Assembly (NCBI GenBank): GCA_022820025.1
Contig: JAJEGF010000001.1
Location: 4,422-68,421 of the forward strand
Direction: 5' to 3'
DNA: 64,000 bases
Origin: Chloroflexota bacterium
Lineage (GTDB): Bacteria > Chloroflexota > UBA11872
Both the position numbers and the translations under genes were made by a program. The notes beneath the pieces were generated by a model. That model made no database searches. It had not been told where the DNA came from and worked only from the letters and a program-made list of their open reading frames with translations. Shown piece by piece: positions 38,319 to 48,134 of the stretch (its first letter is position 1; every line of letters begins with the position of its first letter).

Positions 38319-38542
38319 CCGATTCGGGGACTACTCGACGCGCCGCGGCCGCTGCATTCCCGACACCTGCGTTGGGCCAACTCGTTTCGCGCTCCGATTC
38401 AGCGCCAACGCACGAGACTGGTCACGGTCGGTGCGAGCCGGCGTGCGGCTCTCAATCCCGCCGGTCAACGTGGCTGAACGTCACTCACAGTGCCGACCAT
38501 GGTTTTAGGCGCCAACGGGCACCCCACGAGAGGCGATTGCGG

Positions 38543-39442
38543 CTACCGCCGTTCGGCCGCGCAGTTCTGACAAAACCGCATCGCGGTCGGGTTCATGACG
38601 TCGCACGTCGCGCACTGCCATTGCGCCGAGGGTCCTCGCATGGGGGTAATCGCTCGGCGTTCTCGCCGGGGCCTGGACTGCGCCACGGTACGTGCCATCG
38701 CATCCTGCATCGCGTTGATCCGGAACATGATGCGAATCATCATTGCGGCGGCCACGGCAAGCGCAACTGCGGAGGCGACTTCGAGGAATCCGGCGGTCAA
38801 AAGATCAACCACGGCTTGGTCGGCGCTGTTCCAATTCTCTCCAAGCACCGCGGTCGAGAGACCCGTGGTTACCCAGGCGGCGAGGTATGCCACCCACCAC
38901 ATCCAGACGCCGCCCCACTCCGGCGCCGTCGATCCATCGACAGCGGGCAGGCTGCTGGCGACCCAGTGCCGGCGGATCAGAATCAACGGTATGGCCAGGC
39001 TGGTCGCCGCCGCCGCGAACAGTGTGACCTGGGACGCCGTTGCGTACGGAAAAGCCTGGAGCACAACGAAATAGGCCACGACCAACACAGGGAAGATCAG
39101 GAATAAGGGAACGGCGGCACAGCCCCACGGTCGGTGATCGTCAGGAACGCGCAGCGCGTCCAGGATTGCCGTCGACCGAGCGAACCAGAACAGGAAGGCA
39201 ATGCCGGCTACGGCCATTCCAAGCCCTCCGAACGCGCCAATCGCAGCCGGTACGTCGTCCCAGGAACGCATTGAGCGCACCATCGAGCCGTATGCGCCAA
39301 TCCCCTGACTCGCCAATGTCGCGCCCAAGGCGACGTGGCTTAGGCCGAGAACGACCAAAGAGGACCCATAGAGGACGGCGCTCAGAATGATGAGAACGCT
39401 GGTCGCCAACGCACGACGACGGTTGGCGCCACCCGTGGGCAT
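38543..39442 (-). CDS. Paralog B (intact) of the polytopic membrane protein with a C-terminal zinc ribbon
   Basis: It has about 7 TM helices, the conserved IRIMFRINAMQD segment and the C-terminus QWQCATCDVMNPTAMRFCQNCAAERR. The start was placed at MPTGG. Confidence 0.7.
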   Translation of the reverse strand: MPTGGANRRRALATSVLIILSAVLYGSSLVVLGLSHVALGATLASQGIGAYGSMVRSMRSWDDVPAAIGAFGGLGMAVAGIAFLFWFARSTAILDALRVPDDHRPWGCAAVPLFLIFPVLVVAYFVVLQAFPYATASQVTLFAAAATSLAIPLILIRRHWVASSLPAVDGSTAPEWGGVWMWWVAYLAAWVTTGLSTAVLGENWNSADQAVVDLLTAGFLEVASAVALAVAAAMMIRIMFRINAMQDAMARTVAQSRPRRERRAITPMRGPSAQWQCATCDVMNPTAMRFCQNCAAERR

Positions 39443-39619
39443 CAGCAACGGCTCAGCCCGAACGTCGCTGGGGTGACCAGACGCACCCTGGCTCCTGGGC
39501 GAGGCGCCCGGCACATGTGCAGGGCGGAGCCAGAAGCTTGCGATTCCATGCCTGCGACCGGGATTTCGCGGCTAACTCCCAAAAGCTCACCATTAAGGAT
39601 GGACGCGAAGCAAATGCAG

Positions 39620-40663
39620 CTACTGCCGTTCGCGCGCGCAGTTCTGGCAGAACCGCAGGGCGGTCGGATTCGTCACGTCGCAGGACTCGCACTGCCACTG
39701 CGCAGCGCTGCGTCGAACGGACCCTGCGGAATCCGTCGGTGGATCGGGATCATGGACCGGAGATTCGGCTTCCGAGACACTGGCGGGCGCCGGCTGGGGA
39801 AGCGCGGCCACCAGGTCTTCCTGCATGGCCTCGACTCGGAACATGATTCGGATGATGTAGTACCCGGCGATGGCCAGGGAGATGCCCGCGGCGCCCTCAA
39901 ACGCGCCAATGGCCAGCGCGACCGTACTCGAATCAAGCATTGAGTCGATGGGCTCGCCGAAGCCGCTTATCACGAGAATCGCGAACCGAGACGTGATCAG
40001 AAACGACGAAAAAGCCGCCCACCAGACAACGATTCCGTTCCACGCCGCTGCCGGCGCTTCGTCCGTGGCCGGACGTTCACCGGGTCGGGTGGAACTGGCG
40101 ATTCAGAGCCGACGGATGACGACGAACGGGGCCGCCAGGCAGAGGAGCACGACAAGCGGCTCGGCCACCAGACTCAGCCAGCGGCCCCTGACGATGCTGT
40201 CGACCGCGAAGAGTGCCGGAATCAGGGCGACGAGCGAGTAGACGGCCAACGACGGACGGAGCGCGGCGCCTGACGTATCCAACGCTCGAAGGTTGGCCGC
40301 GGCTCGCGCCAGCCAGACGACAAATGTCAATCCGGCAACAAGCAGAAGCAGCATCCAGGCGACGCGCGCCGGTAGCAGAACCTCTTCAACTGCCGGTATC
40401 GTGCTGAAGAGCCACTCCTCCCGGCGGGAAGCGTCGTACGTCAGCGGAAGCCACTCCGGGGCTGCGGTGAGCACGGCGGCCACAAGGTAGAGGATGCCCC
40501 TGACCGTGAGGTCGGCCGCGCCGACGACCGCCGACAAGGCAACGAGCGCGCTCCCGGCCCGCCCGAGCTGTCGAAGCGGGCGATAGCCGGTCGGGTGATT
40601 CCGGGAGATCGACCGGGACGATTCGCCAGCGGACGGACCGTCGTCAGCAGCGGTTGCGGCCAC
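39620..40663 (-). pseudogene. Paralog C of the polytopic membrane protein with a zinc ribbon. It is interrupted by an in-frame TGA at 40103-40105.
   Basis: Track ORFs 40103..40663 and 39620..39973 are in the same frame, and the reading frame stays open between them. The stop aligns to a Trp codon in paralog B (RRHW vs RRL*), which is a TGG->TGA change. The downstream part ends with the conserved QWQCESCDVTNPTALRFCQNCARERQ. Confidence 0.55.
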
Positions 40664-40701
40664 GGCCGATCAGGTCCAGCGGCCCCGAGAGCGCCACACC
40701 C

Positions 40702-41742
40702 TCACGAACCGGCCTGGACGGCAAACTGCCGCACGTTGCGTGGAGGTCCAATCATCACCAGCACATCGTCCGGTTGAAGCTCCTCGTCGCGATCCGGCAG
40801 AAACTGCTGTCCGCCGTCGCGCCCAATCGCCATGACTTCCACACCGTGCTGACGCAGCCCAACCTCGCCAATGGTTCGGCCGACGTACGAACTCCCGGGC
40901 GCGATGGCCACTTCCTCGATGGTCATGTCCTTGGACTTCTCATCCAACAATTCCGACAGCGCCCAGGCGACGTTGGGCTTGAGCACGTAGGCGGCCATGT
41001 GCTGAGCGCCGGCCGCGTGCGGCGAGAACACCCGCGTGGCCCCGGCCACCGTCAGGCGATCAACGGTCTCGCCGGTGTTTGCCCTGGCGATCACGGGGAT
41101 ATGCGCGGCGGCGGCGCGCGCAGACAGCACGGTATAGACGTTGGCCGCGTCGTCGCCTGTTGAGACCATGACGGCGGTCGCGCGGTCAATCCCGGCGGCC
41201 CGCAGCGTCTCGGCCGAGGCGGCGTTGCCGCACACGGCCAGAACCCCCAGGCTTTCGGCCTCTCCGCAGCGCTCGGGATCCTGATCAATGGTTACCACGT
41301 GTCGTCCCGCGGCTCGCAGGTTCTCGCTGATTCCCGCGCCGACGCGACCGAAGCCGCAGACGATGAAGTGGTCGTGGAGGGCCGCCAGTGCTTGCTCCTT
41401 GCGACGTTGGACCAGGCGCGCGAGCAGATGACCGCTGACAAGATACTCAACGGTAACCGCGCCGGTGTATCCGATGGCGCTGATACCGGCGATGATGAGG
41501 GCAATAGCGAAAACCCGGCCGCCCTGGTCAAGCGGAACGATCTCGTTGTACCCGACGGTGCTCAGCGTGACGACCGTCATGTAGAGCGCGTCCAGCGGGC
41601 TGGCGGCCGCGACCAGCATGAAGCCGATGACCCCGATGACGGTCAGGGCGACCATGGCTCCAAGGCCCCAGATCACTCGCCGGGCCAGGGTGCGAGTCGC
41701 CGCGGCCTGCTGGGCTGGGGCGGGACGCGGCGGCGTCAGCAC
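40702..41742 (-). CDS. Two-TM ion channel (K+ channel family) with a cytoplasmic RCK/TrkA-N domain and a TrkA-C domain
   Basis: The pore region is TLSTVGYNE. The Rossmann-like region is FIVCGFGRVGAGI, followed by a TrkA-C-like C-terminus. Confidence 0.85.
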   Translation of the reverse strand: MLTPPRPAPAQQAAATRTLARRVIWGLGAMVALTVIGVIGFMLVAAASPLDALYMTVVTLSTVGYNEIVPLDQGGRVFAIALIIAGISAIGYTGAVTVEYLVSGHLLARLVQRRKEQALAALHDHFIVCGFGRVGAGISENLRAAGRHVVTIDQDPERCGEAESLGVLAVCGNAASAETLRAAGIDRATAVMVSTGDDAANVYTVLSARAAAAHIPVIARANTGETVDRLTVAGATRVFSPHAAGAQHMAAYVLKPNVAWALSELLDEKSKDMTIEEVAIAPGSSYVGRTIGEVGLRQHGVEVMAIGRDGGQQFLPDRDEELQPDDVLVMIGPPRNVRQFAVQAGS

Positions 41743-41743
41743 G

Positions 41744-42961
41744 CTAGGCGCTGGGACTCCGGGCGGCCGCCGAGGCTGGCTGGCGCGGTGAAAAGCGGAT
41801 GCGAAGCTGGCCGTCCTCCAGCCGGGCGCCGCTGTGGGTCATCCGGGCCAGCACGCGCGGCAGCACGATGTTGCGGCGGGCGGCGCCCATGCGGATGACC
41901 AATTCGTCCCCGCGACGAATGAGGGAAGCGTTGGACTTCTCCAGGAACGGCGCCGGGATGCGGAATTCAAAGCCGCCCTTCACTTCCGCAATCTCGTACG
42001 GCTTGTAGTCGATCAGCCGCTCGGCCGGTTCGGAGGTGGCGTGCATCTGGCCGCCCATGACGCGAAGGCGCTCGAGCCCAACCACTTCCTCGGGGAACTG
42101 ATGGACCTGCAGAATCGGGATCGGGTCGAACATGGCGTGAATGTCGCGCAGGTAGGGCGCCTGCATGGCCCGGCGCTGCTCGGCGAAGCGCCCCTCGGCT
42201 TCCTCGGGCACCACGCGGTTCACGATCACCGCGTCGGTGATGTGGTCGTACAGGGTCAGGTAGGTGTAGCTGCGCTGGGCCTCCCGGATCACCATGCGCT
42301 CGGGGTTCACCACCAGGCGTACGGTTGTCGTGTTGGAGGCCGTCAAGGTGTCGTGCAGCTGTTGCAACTCGTCCACCAGATCGGTCATTGCCTCGAACAC
42401 CTCGTCCTCGGGCAGCGGCAGGTCGGTGACGCGGCGGGCCATCGGCCGCACCATGCGGGCCAGGTGGCGATTGATGGGCAGCAGTTTGTCCAGCCACCAG
42501 CGGCCGACTTCCGGGAACGCCAGCAACCGCAGGGTCTCGCCCGTGGGTGCGCAGTCCACCACCACCACGTCAAACTCGCCCGAGGACGCGTGCCGGTTCA
42601 CCCAGAGCAGATTGGCCAGTTCCTCCATGCCCGGAAAAACGGCAATCTCGTCGGCCAGGACGTTGTCCATGCCGCGCCAGGTCAGCACGGCTTCCACCCA
42701 GTTCTGCACCGTGCCCCAATAGGTTTCAAGGTTGTAGTACACGTCGCATTCCTGCGCCCACAGGTTGTCAACCACGGGCTTGGGAACTGGTCCCAGCGGG
42801 GTGTCCAGCGAATCGCCCAGGCTGTGCGCGGTGTCGGTGCTGAGCACGACGGTGCGCAGGCCGGCGTCGGCGCAGCGCAGCGCGGCCGCGGCGGCCACGC
42901 TTGTCTTGCCCACGCCCCCCTTGCCGGTATAGAGCAGAATGCGCGGCGATCGCTTAGTCAT
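41744..42961 (-). CDS. ArsA/GET3-family anion-transporting-type ATPase with an HSP20-like C-terminal domain
   Basis: It has the deviant Walker A motif YTGKGGVGKTSVAAA, and its length and domain order are typical of the family. Confidence 0.85.
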   Translation of the reverse strand: MTKRSPRILLYTGKGGVGKTSVAAAAALRCADAGLRTVVLSTDTAHSLGDSLDTPLGPVPKPVVDNLWAQECDVYYNLETYWGTVQNWVEAVLTWRGMDNVLADEIAVFPGMEELANLLWVNRHASSGEFDVVVVDCAPTGETLRLLAFPEVGRWWLDKLLPINRHLARMVRPMARRVTDLPLPEDEVFEAMTDLVDELQQLHDTLTASNTTTVRLVVNPERMVIREAQRSYTYLTLYDHITDAVIVNRVVPEEAEGRFAEQRRAMQAPYLRDIHAMFDPIPILQVHQFPEEVVGLERLRVMGGQMHATSEPAERLIDYKPYEIAEVKGGFEFRIPAPFLEKSNASLIRRGDELVIRMGAARRNIVLPRVLARMTHSGARLEDGQLRIRFSPRQPASAAARSPSA

Positions 42962-44036
42962 CGTCGTCGTCGAGGGTGTCCATTGGGCGAACGTACATCA
43001 CGTCGGCGTCTCGCGCCGTAACCCGGCCCACGGTGGCTGCCGCCGGCGTTCCGGCGCGCTCAAGGGCGTGCCGCAAGGCGGCTTCGTCTTCGGGTGGGAT
43101 GGCAATCAGCAGCCCGCCGCTCGTTTGCGCATCGGCCAGCAGAAGGCGCACGGGCCGATCCACCGCCGGATGCCAGCGAACATCGCCTTCCAACGAGGCC
43201 AGGTTGCGCTCGGTCCCGCCAGGAACCTCGTCGGCGGCGATCAGCGACCACACTTCCGGCAGGGTTGGGACTTCGTCAGCGTAAACCTCGGCCGAGACGC
43301 CGCTGGCGGTCAGCATCTCGCGCAGGTGACCCAGCAGACCGTAGCCCGTCACGTCGGTTACCGCGTGGGCGCCATGATCGCTGGCGGCCCTGGCGGCGGC
43401 GGCATTGAGCGTTGTCATCGAGTCGATCGCGGCCTGCAGCGCGTTCGGGCTGGCGGCGTCGAATTTGCCGGCGGTCGTGACGATGCCGGTGCCCAGCGGC
43501 TTCGTCAGCACCAGCAGATCGTCCGGACGCGCGCCGGCGTTCGTGCTGACCGCGTCCGGATCCACGGTTCCGAGCACCGCCAGGCCGAACTTGGGCTCGG
43601 GATCGTCGATTGAATGCCCGCCCCCGACGACCGCCCCGGCTTCCCGCACCTTGTCAGCAGCGCCTTGCTGCACCTCGGCCAGCAGATCCAGCGGCAGCGT
43701 TCCGCGCGGCCAGCCAGCAATGTTGAGCGCCAGGATCGGCGTGGCGCCCATGGCGTAGAGGTCGCTCAGGGCGTTCGCGGCGGCAATGGCGCCAAAGCTG
43801 TAGGCGTCATCCACAATCGGCGTAAAGACGTCCGTGGTTAGGGCCACGGCCAGGTCGTCGCGGAGCCGGTACACGGCGGCGTCGTCCATGCCCTGTCCCC
43901 CAACCAGCAGGTCGGGCGACATCATCGGCGGCATCAGGCGCAGCACGTGCGCCAGCTCGTCGGGGCTGAGCTTGCACGCTCAGCCGGCGCCGTGGGCGTA
44001 CCGGGTAAGTTTGAGCGGCGTGTGGTCGCTATGCAT
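42954..44036 (-). CDS. selD: Selenide, water dikinase (selenophosphate synthetase). It is a selenoprotein with an in-frame UGA (Sec) at codon 19.
   Basis: Translation from the ATG at 44036 gives MHSDHTPLKLTRYAHGAG-U-ACKLSPDELAHVL..., where the UGA lies at 43982..43980. This matches the GAG-(C/U)-xCK active-site loop of SelD. The track splits the gene into 43980..44207 and 42954..43946, which are in the same frame. A stem-loop (cgugc-a-agcuc-N9-gagcu-gg-gcacg) starts 4 nt after the UGA. Confidence 0.85.
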
Positions 44037-44107
44037 CTCTGCACGGTAGCGTAACGCCGCCGCCCGGAAATTTCGTTCTTGCACTCGAAGGCCGCCAGGA
44101 TTTAGCC

Positions 44108-45433
44108 GTGTCGTTACTGTCGCCATGCGCCCGAGCCATCCAGCGCGCTGTCGCGTTGACCCTGGCGGCCGGGCTGCTGTTGGCGGGCGCCGGACCGGCC
44201 GCCGCATCGCCGCTGGACGCCACGCCGGTCACTGGCGGCGCCTTCTTCCAGCATGGGGATACGGACGGCCTCGGATTCGCCATCCGAAACTATGCGGACG
44301 GACCGGCCTTCTACGACGCATTCCTTCGTTTCGGCGGCACCCGGACGCTCGGACCCGCGGTGTCGCGGCCCTGGATCGACGACGGCGGCTTCGCCTATCA
44401 GCTGACACAGCGTGCCCTGCTGCAGTGGTCACCCTCGGACGATCGGGTGGGGATTGCCAACCTCTTCGAGCTCCTCAACCGCAGTGAATACTCCGCTGAA
44501 CTTGAGGCGCGTCACATTCCCGCGGCGGAAACACCACCGTCACTTCCGCCCGAGCTTGCGCAGCAGGCGCGGCTGGCGTGGCTGACGGACCGCGCCATTG
44601 CCGAGACCTTTGCCAACAATCCGCTGGAACTCGGGAATCTGGACGCCAGCATCGAGTTTCACGGCTTGCCAATGTCGCGCCCGGTGCGACTGGGACCGTT
44701 CGTGGTTCAACGCTTCCAGCGCACGGCGCTGCAGCACTGGGTGGAACAGGTGGACGCAGGACAACCGGTCGGCTCGGTGGTGCTGGTGAACGCCGGCGAC
44801 GTCTACCGCGATCTCGCGTTGCCACACGATCTGCTGGCCACGCCGCACGCGGCCGACCAGGGCGCCGTGTTGGATGTCCGTCTCGATCCACCGGCGGCGA
44901 GCGACCTTGCGCCGGCCCAGGTCACGTCGCGCACCTACAACACGACCAACCATCTCCTGCGCACGGCCCTGGCGCTGTTGGAAGGCGTCGATGCCAACGC
45001 CGCCGCGCTGGAGCTGGCGGAACGCGACCAACTCGCCATTGAATTCGAGCCGATGACCGAAGGGGTGCTGGCCTCGTTTAGTCCCGCGCAGGGGATTCGG
45101 GTCAACGACGGCTTGCGTAGTGAAGACCCGATCCCGCTTGCGGCGGTGGTGGCACACGAACTACGGCACTTCGAGGACTACAAGCTCGGCCAATTGGGCG
45201 ACGACGCTCAGGATTGCCTGGACGCGGAGGCACGCGCGCTGGAGCGAGAGGCCGAGACCTGGAACGCGCTGATTGCCGCCACCGATCAGTCGCTCCGCGA
45301 GACCTTGCTGGTTCGCATCGAGACCAGGCGCGCCGCGGTTTCCAGGGAGGGCACGGAGGCCATTGAACGTCTGGCCAGGCGCCTCTACCACGAGGTCTGC
45401 GAGCGAACGGCGATCGGGATCGCCAGGAGCTAG
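44108..45433 (+). CDS. Secreted hypothetical protein. Its N-terminal domain is shared with the beta-lactamase-like protein at 53469-55043.
   Basis: It has a signal peptide. It contains the shared block ARLAWLTD..I...F...P..LG.....IEFHGLPMSRP...GPFVVQRFQRTAL. Confidence 0.7.
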   Translation: MSLLSPCARAIQRAVALTLAAGLLLAGAGPAAASPLDATPVTGGAFFQHGDTDGLGFAIRNYADGPAFYDAFLRFGGTRTLGPAVSRPWIDDGGFAYQLTQRALLQWSPSDDRVGIANLFELLNRSEYSAELEARHIPAAETPPSLPPELAQQARLAWLTDRAIAETFANNPLELGNLDASIEFHGLPMSRPVRLGPFVVQRFQRTALQHWVEQVDAGQPVGSVVLVNAGDVYRDLALPHDLLATPHAADQGAVLDVRLDPPAASDLAPAQVTSRTYNTTNHLLRTALALLEGVDANAAALELAERDQLAIEFEPMTEGVLASFSPAQGIRVNDGLRSEDPIPLAAVVAHELRHFEDYKLGQLGDDAQDCLDAEARALEREAETWNALIAATDQSLRETLLVRIETRRAAVSREGTEAIERLARRLYHEVCERTAIGIARS

Positions 45434-45629
45434 TCGTTCGTACCGCGGTCGGGCTCATCGACGCGCCAGGAAACGCTCGGCGGCCCGATTGCTCCGCGGC
45501 ACGACGGCTCGCTCGTCGTAAGCTATTGGAGTCTTGGTTCCGTGGCATGGGGCCGGCCGCACCCGGTCCGCTAGCCCGCAACGTCTGTCCGGCATCGTGA
45601 TTGATGCCAGACCCTTCTCGATCGGTCCC

Positions 45630-46868
45630 GTGGAAACTTCGCTCTACCAGACACTCGCCGACCGCGGGTTCATCCATTCGGTCTCGAGCGCCGCTGGATT
45701 GCGCGCCGCCCTCGAGCGGCCCTGCGTGTTCTACGTGGGATTCGATCCGACCGCCCCGAGCCTTCACACCGGCCACCTGATCCCACTCGCGCTCGCGGCA
45801 CACCTGGCGCAGGCCGGTCACCACCCGGTGCTGCTGGCGGGCGGCGGCACGGGGCTGATCGGCGACCCGACCGACCGGGCCGAGACCCGAAATCTGCTCA
45901 GCGCCGAACTCGTGGCCGCCAACACTCGGGCCGTCCGCCAACAGGTGGATCGATTCTTCGAGAACGAGCAAGCCGACGTCGCAATTGTCGATAACGCCGA
46001 GTGGCTGACCGAACTGCGATACCTGGAGTTTCTACGAGACATCGGCCGCTACTTCAGCGTCAACGAAATCCTGGCGACCGAGACGTACCGCGCGCGACTG
46101 GAAAGCGGTCAGGGCCTGAATTTCGTCGAGATCAACTACCGCCTGCTGCAGGCCTACGACTTCCTGCACCTGTTCCGAGAACACGGCTGCCTCCTGCAAA
46201 TCGGAGGCAGTGACCAGTGGGCCAACATCCTGGCCGGCGTGGACCTGATCCGGCGGATCGAGGGCGAGGAGGCCTTCGGCCTGGTGACGCCCCTCCTCAC
46301 CACCAGTACCGGTCAGAAGATGGGCAAGACGGCCAGCGGCGCACTCTGGCTGGACCCGGGCCTGACATCGTCCTACGACTTCTTTCAGTACTGGATCAAC
46401 ATCGAGGACGCGTCGGTGGAGCGCACGCTGGCGCTGCTGACGCCGCTGCCCATGGACGAGGTTCGCGGGCTCGCCGCGCTTCCCGGCGCGAAGATTCGAA
46501 CCGCCAAGGAGCGGCTGGCCTACGAGGTCACGGCCAGAGTCCACGGTCGAGAGGCCGCCGCCGCGGCCCGCGACAGTGCGCGGGCGCTGTTCAGGCGTGA
46601 CAGTGGATCCACCGCGGCCGCGCCCCAGACACAAGTGACCGAGGACCAGGTGGCTGCGGGTCTGGGCATCGTGGACCTTCTGCTGACCACCGGCCTGGCC
46701 GTTTCACGCTCGGCGGCGCGGCGCCTGATCAAGCAGGGCGGCGCCTACGCCAACGACCAGCGCGTGGACAGCCCCGAGACGGTCTTTCACGCGGACGCGT
46801 TCCGGGACGGCGAGTTGTTGTTGCGCTCCGGCAAGAAGCGCTACCACCGAATTCTGATTGGCTCATGA
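45630..46868 (+). CDS. tyrS: Tyrosine--tRNA ligase
   Basis: It has the HIGH motif (PSLHTGHL), the KMSKS motif (QKMGKT) and a C-terminal S4 domain. The GTG at 45630 is preferred, and the track ORF begins at 45534. Confidence 0.9.
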   Translation: METSLYQTLADRGFIHSVSSAAGLRAALERPCVFYVGFDPTAPSLHTGHLIPLALAAHLAQAGHHPVLLAGGGTGLIGDPTDRAETRNLLSAELVAANTRAVRQQVDRFFENEQADVAIVDNAEWLTELRYLEFLRDIGRYFSVNEILATETYRARLESGQGLNFVEINYRLLQAYDFLHLFREHGCLLQIGGSDQWANILAGVDLIRRIEGEEAFGLVTPLLTTSTGQKMGKTASGALWLDPGLTSSYDFFQYWINIEDASVERTLALLTPLPMDEVRGLAALPGAKIRTAKERLAYEVTARVHGREAAAAARDSARALFRRDSGSTAAAPQTQVTEDQVAAGLGIVDLLLTTGLAVSRSAARRLIKQGGAYANDQRVDSPETVFHADAFRDGELLLRSGKKRYHRILIGS

Positions 46869-46884
46869 CGAGGAGTGGACACCC

Positions 46885-47367
46885 GTGAACTGGTCAGCCA
46901 GTGAAATCCGGCGCGTGGACGCCGAAAGCTCCGGTGAGCTCTGGGAGCGCTTTCTTGCCGCCATGGTGGCGTACTGGAACGAGAGTTTTCCCAGCGAACT
47001 GAGCCACCTGGAATGGCACGAGTTGTATACGGACCGGATTCGACGCCGACTGGAAGAACGGCCGACCTGGCTGTGGATGTATGAGCGCGACGGACGCACG
47101 CTGGCGCTCACCAATTTTCACCTGGATGGCGGCGTGGCGCACGTGGCCGAGGTCTGGGTCGCCCCCGACTCGCGCCGTCACGGGCTGGGCGCCTTCATGA
47201 TCCGGCAGATGCGCCGGACCTTGCGCGACGCCGGCGTGACGCGCATGGCCGTTACGGTTCCAGCCAACGCCACGGTGGCCGCCAGCATTGACTTCTGGCA
47301 CGACCTCGGTTTCACCGAGGTCGCCGTGCACCTGGAAGCCACGACCTTCGGACCTAACGGCGACTGA
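46885..47367 (+). CDS. GNAT-family N-acetyltransferase
   Basis: It has an acetyl-CoA-binding-like segment (RRHGLGAFMIRQM) and GNAT-like length. The start is ambiguous, between a TTG at 46858 and a GTG at 46885. Confidence 0.7.
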   Translation: MNWSASEIRRVDAESSGELWERFLAAMVAYWNESFPSELSHLEWHELYTDRIRRRLEERPTWLWMYERDGRTLALTNFHLDGGVAHVAEVWVAPDSRRHGLGAFMIRQMRRTLRDAGVTRMAVTVPANATVAASIDFWHDLGFTEVAVHLEATTFGPNGD

Positions 47368-47497
47368 TTGGAACCCTGCACCGCGAATTGCCGGCGAAGT
47401 CGCGGCGTATGCGAATGTTTCACGTGAAACATCGCGTTGGCACGCGTCGCCCGCGTCGCTACGCTCAGCGGTGACAGGCCGAATCGAGGATCGTCTG

Positions 47498-48124
47498 ATG
47501 GCCAGAGCAACCGCGCCTCCCGGACTCTCCGCGCGCCGCGTGCCGCTGCGCAAGCCAATGACGCCGGAGGATCTTGCCGACGCGCGAATCCGCGAGGCCC
47601 TGGGTGAAACCGGCCGCTGCGAGTGGGCACAGCGGCACGATGGGCTCCGGCAGTACCACGACGACGTCTGGGGCGAACGCCCGGCCGACGATTCGGGTTT
47701 CTTCGAGCGCATGCTGCTCGAGATCTTCCACGCCGGTCTGAGCTGGACGCTGATCTGGAATAAGCACCGGGCGCTTTACGACGCCTATCACGGTTTCGAC
47801 ATCGATGCCGTGGCTGGGTACGGTTCCGCCGACATTGCCCGCCTGCTCGACAATCCCAACGTTATTCGCAGCGAGCGGAAGATCGTCGCAGCCATCGAGA
47901 ACGCTCGGAGCGTGCAGGCGATTCAAGACCACGACGGGTCCTTTGAGAACTATCTGCTCGACTTGCCGAAAAGCACGAATGCCAAGATCAACACGCTGAA
48001 GAAGACATTCAAGTTCATGGGACCCGGCACGTCGCGGGGATTTCTGGAATCGAGTGGGCTGGTGGCGCCGCCGCATCACGACTACTGCTTCAAGGCCGAA
48101 CGCCCGGTCTGGTCCGCCGCCTGA
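47498..48124 (+). CDS. tag: DNA-3-methyladenine glycosylase I
   Basis: It shows a Tag-family pattern (DDVWGERP..., LLLEIFHAGLSW, and zinc-ligand Cys/His residues) and has a GAGGA Shine-Dalgarno. Confidence 0.85.
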   Translation: MARATAPPGLSARRVPLRKPMTPEDLADARIREALGETGRCEWAQRHDGLRQYHDDVWGERPADDSGFFERMLLEIFHAGLSWTLIWNKHRALYDAYHGFDIDAVAGYGSADIARLLDNPNVIRSERKIVAAIENARSVQAIQDHDGSFENYLLDLPKSTNAKINTLKKTFKFMGPGTSRGFLESSGLVAPPHHDYCFKAERPVWSAA

Positions 48125-48134
48125 GCTCCGCGAC

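Noticed and set aside
40103-40105. In-frame TGA in membrane-protein paralog C as a selenocysteine codon
   Set aside because: The aligned residue in the intact paralog is Trp (TGG), not Cys, and there is no SECIS-like hairpin downstream. A nonsense mutation or sequence error is more parsimonious.
41834-43021. 395-aa plus-strand ORF
   Set aside because: It is antisense to the ArsA-like ATPase.
45434-45630. T-box leader upstream of tyrS
   Set aside because: No T-box consensus (AATTAGGGTGGNACCGCG-like) or specifier/antiterminator arrangement was recognisable.
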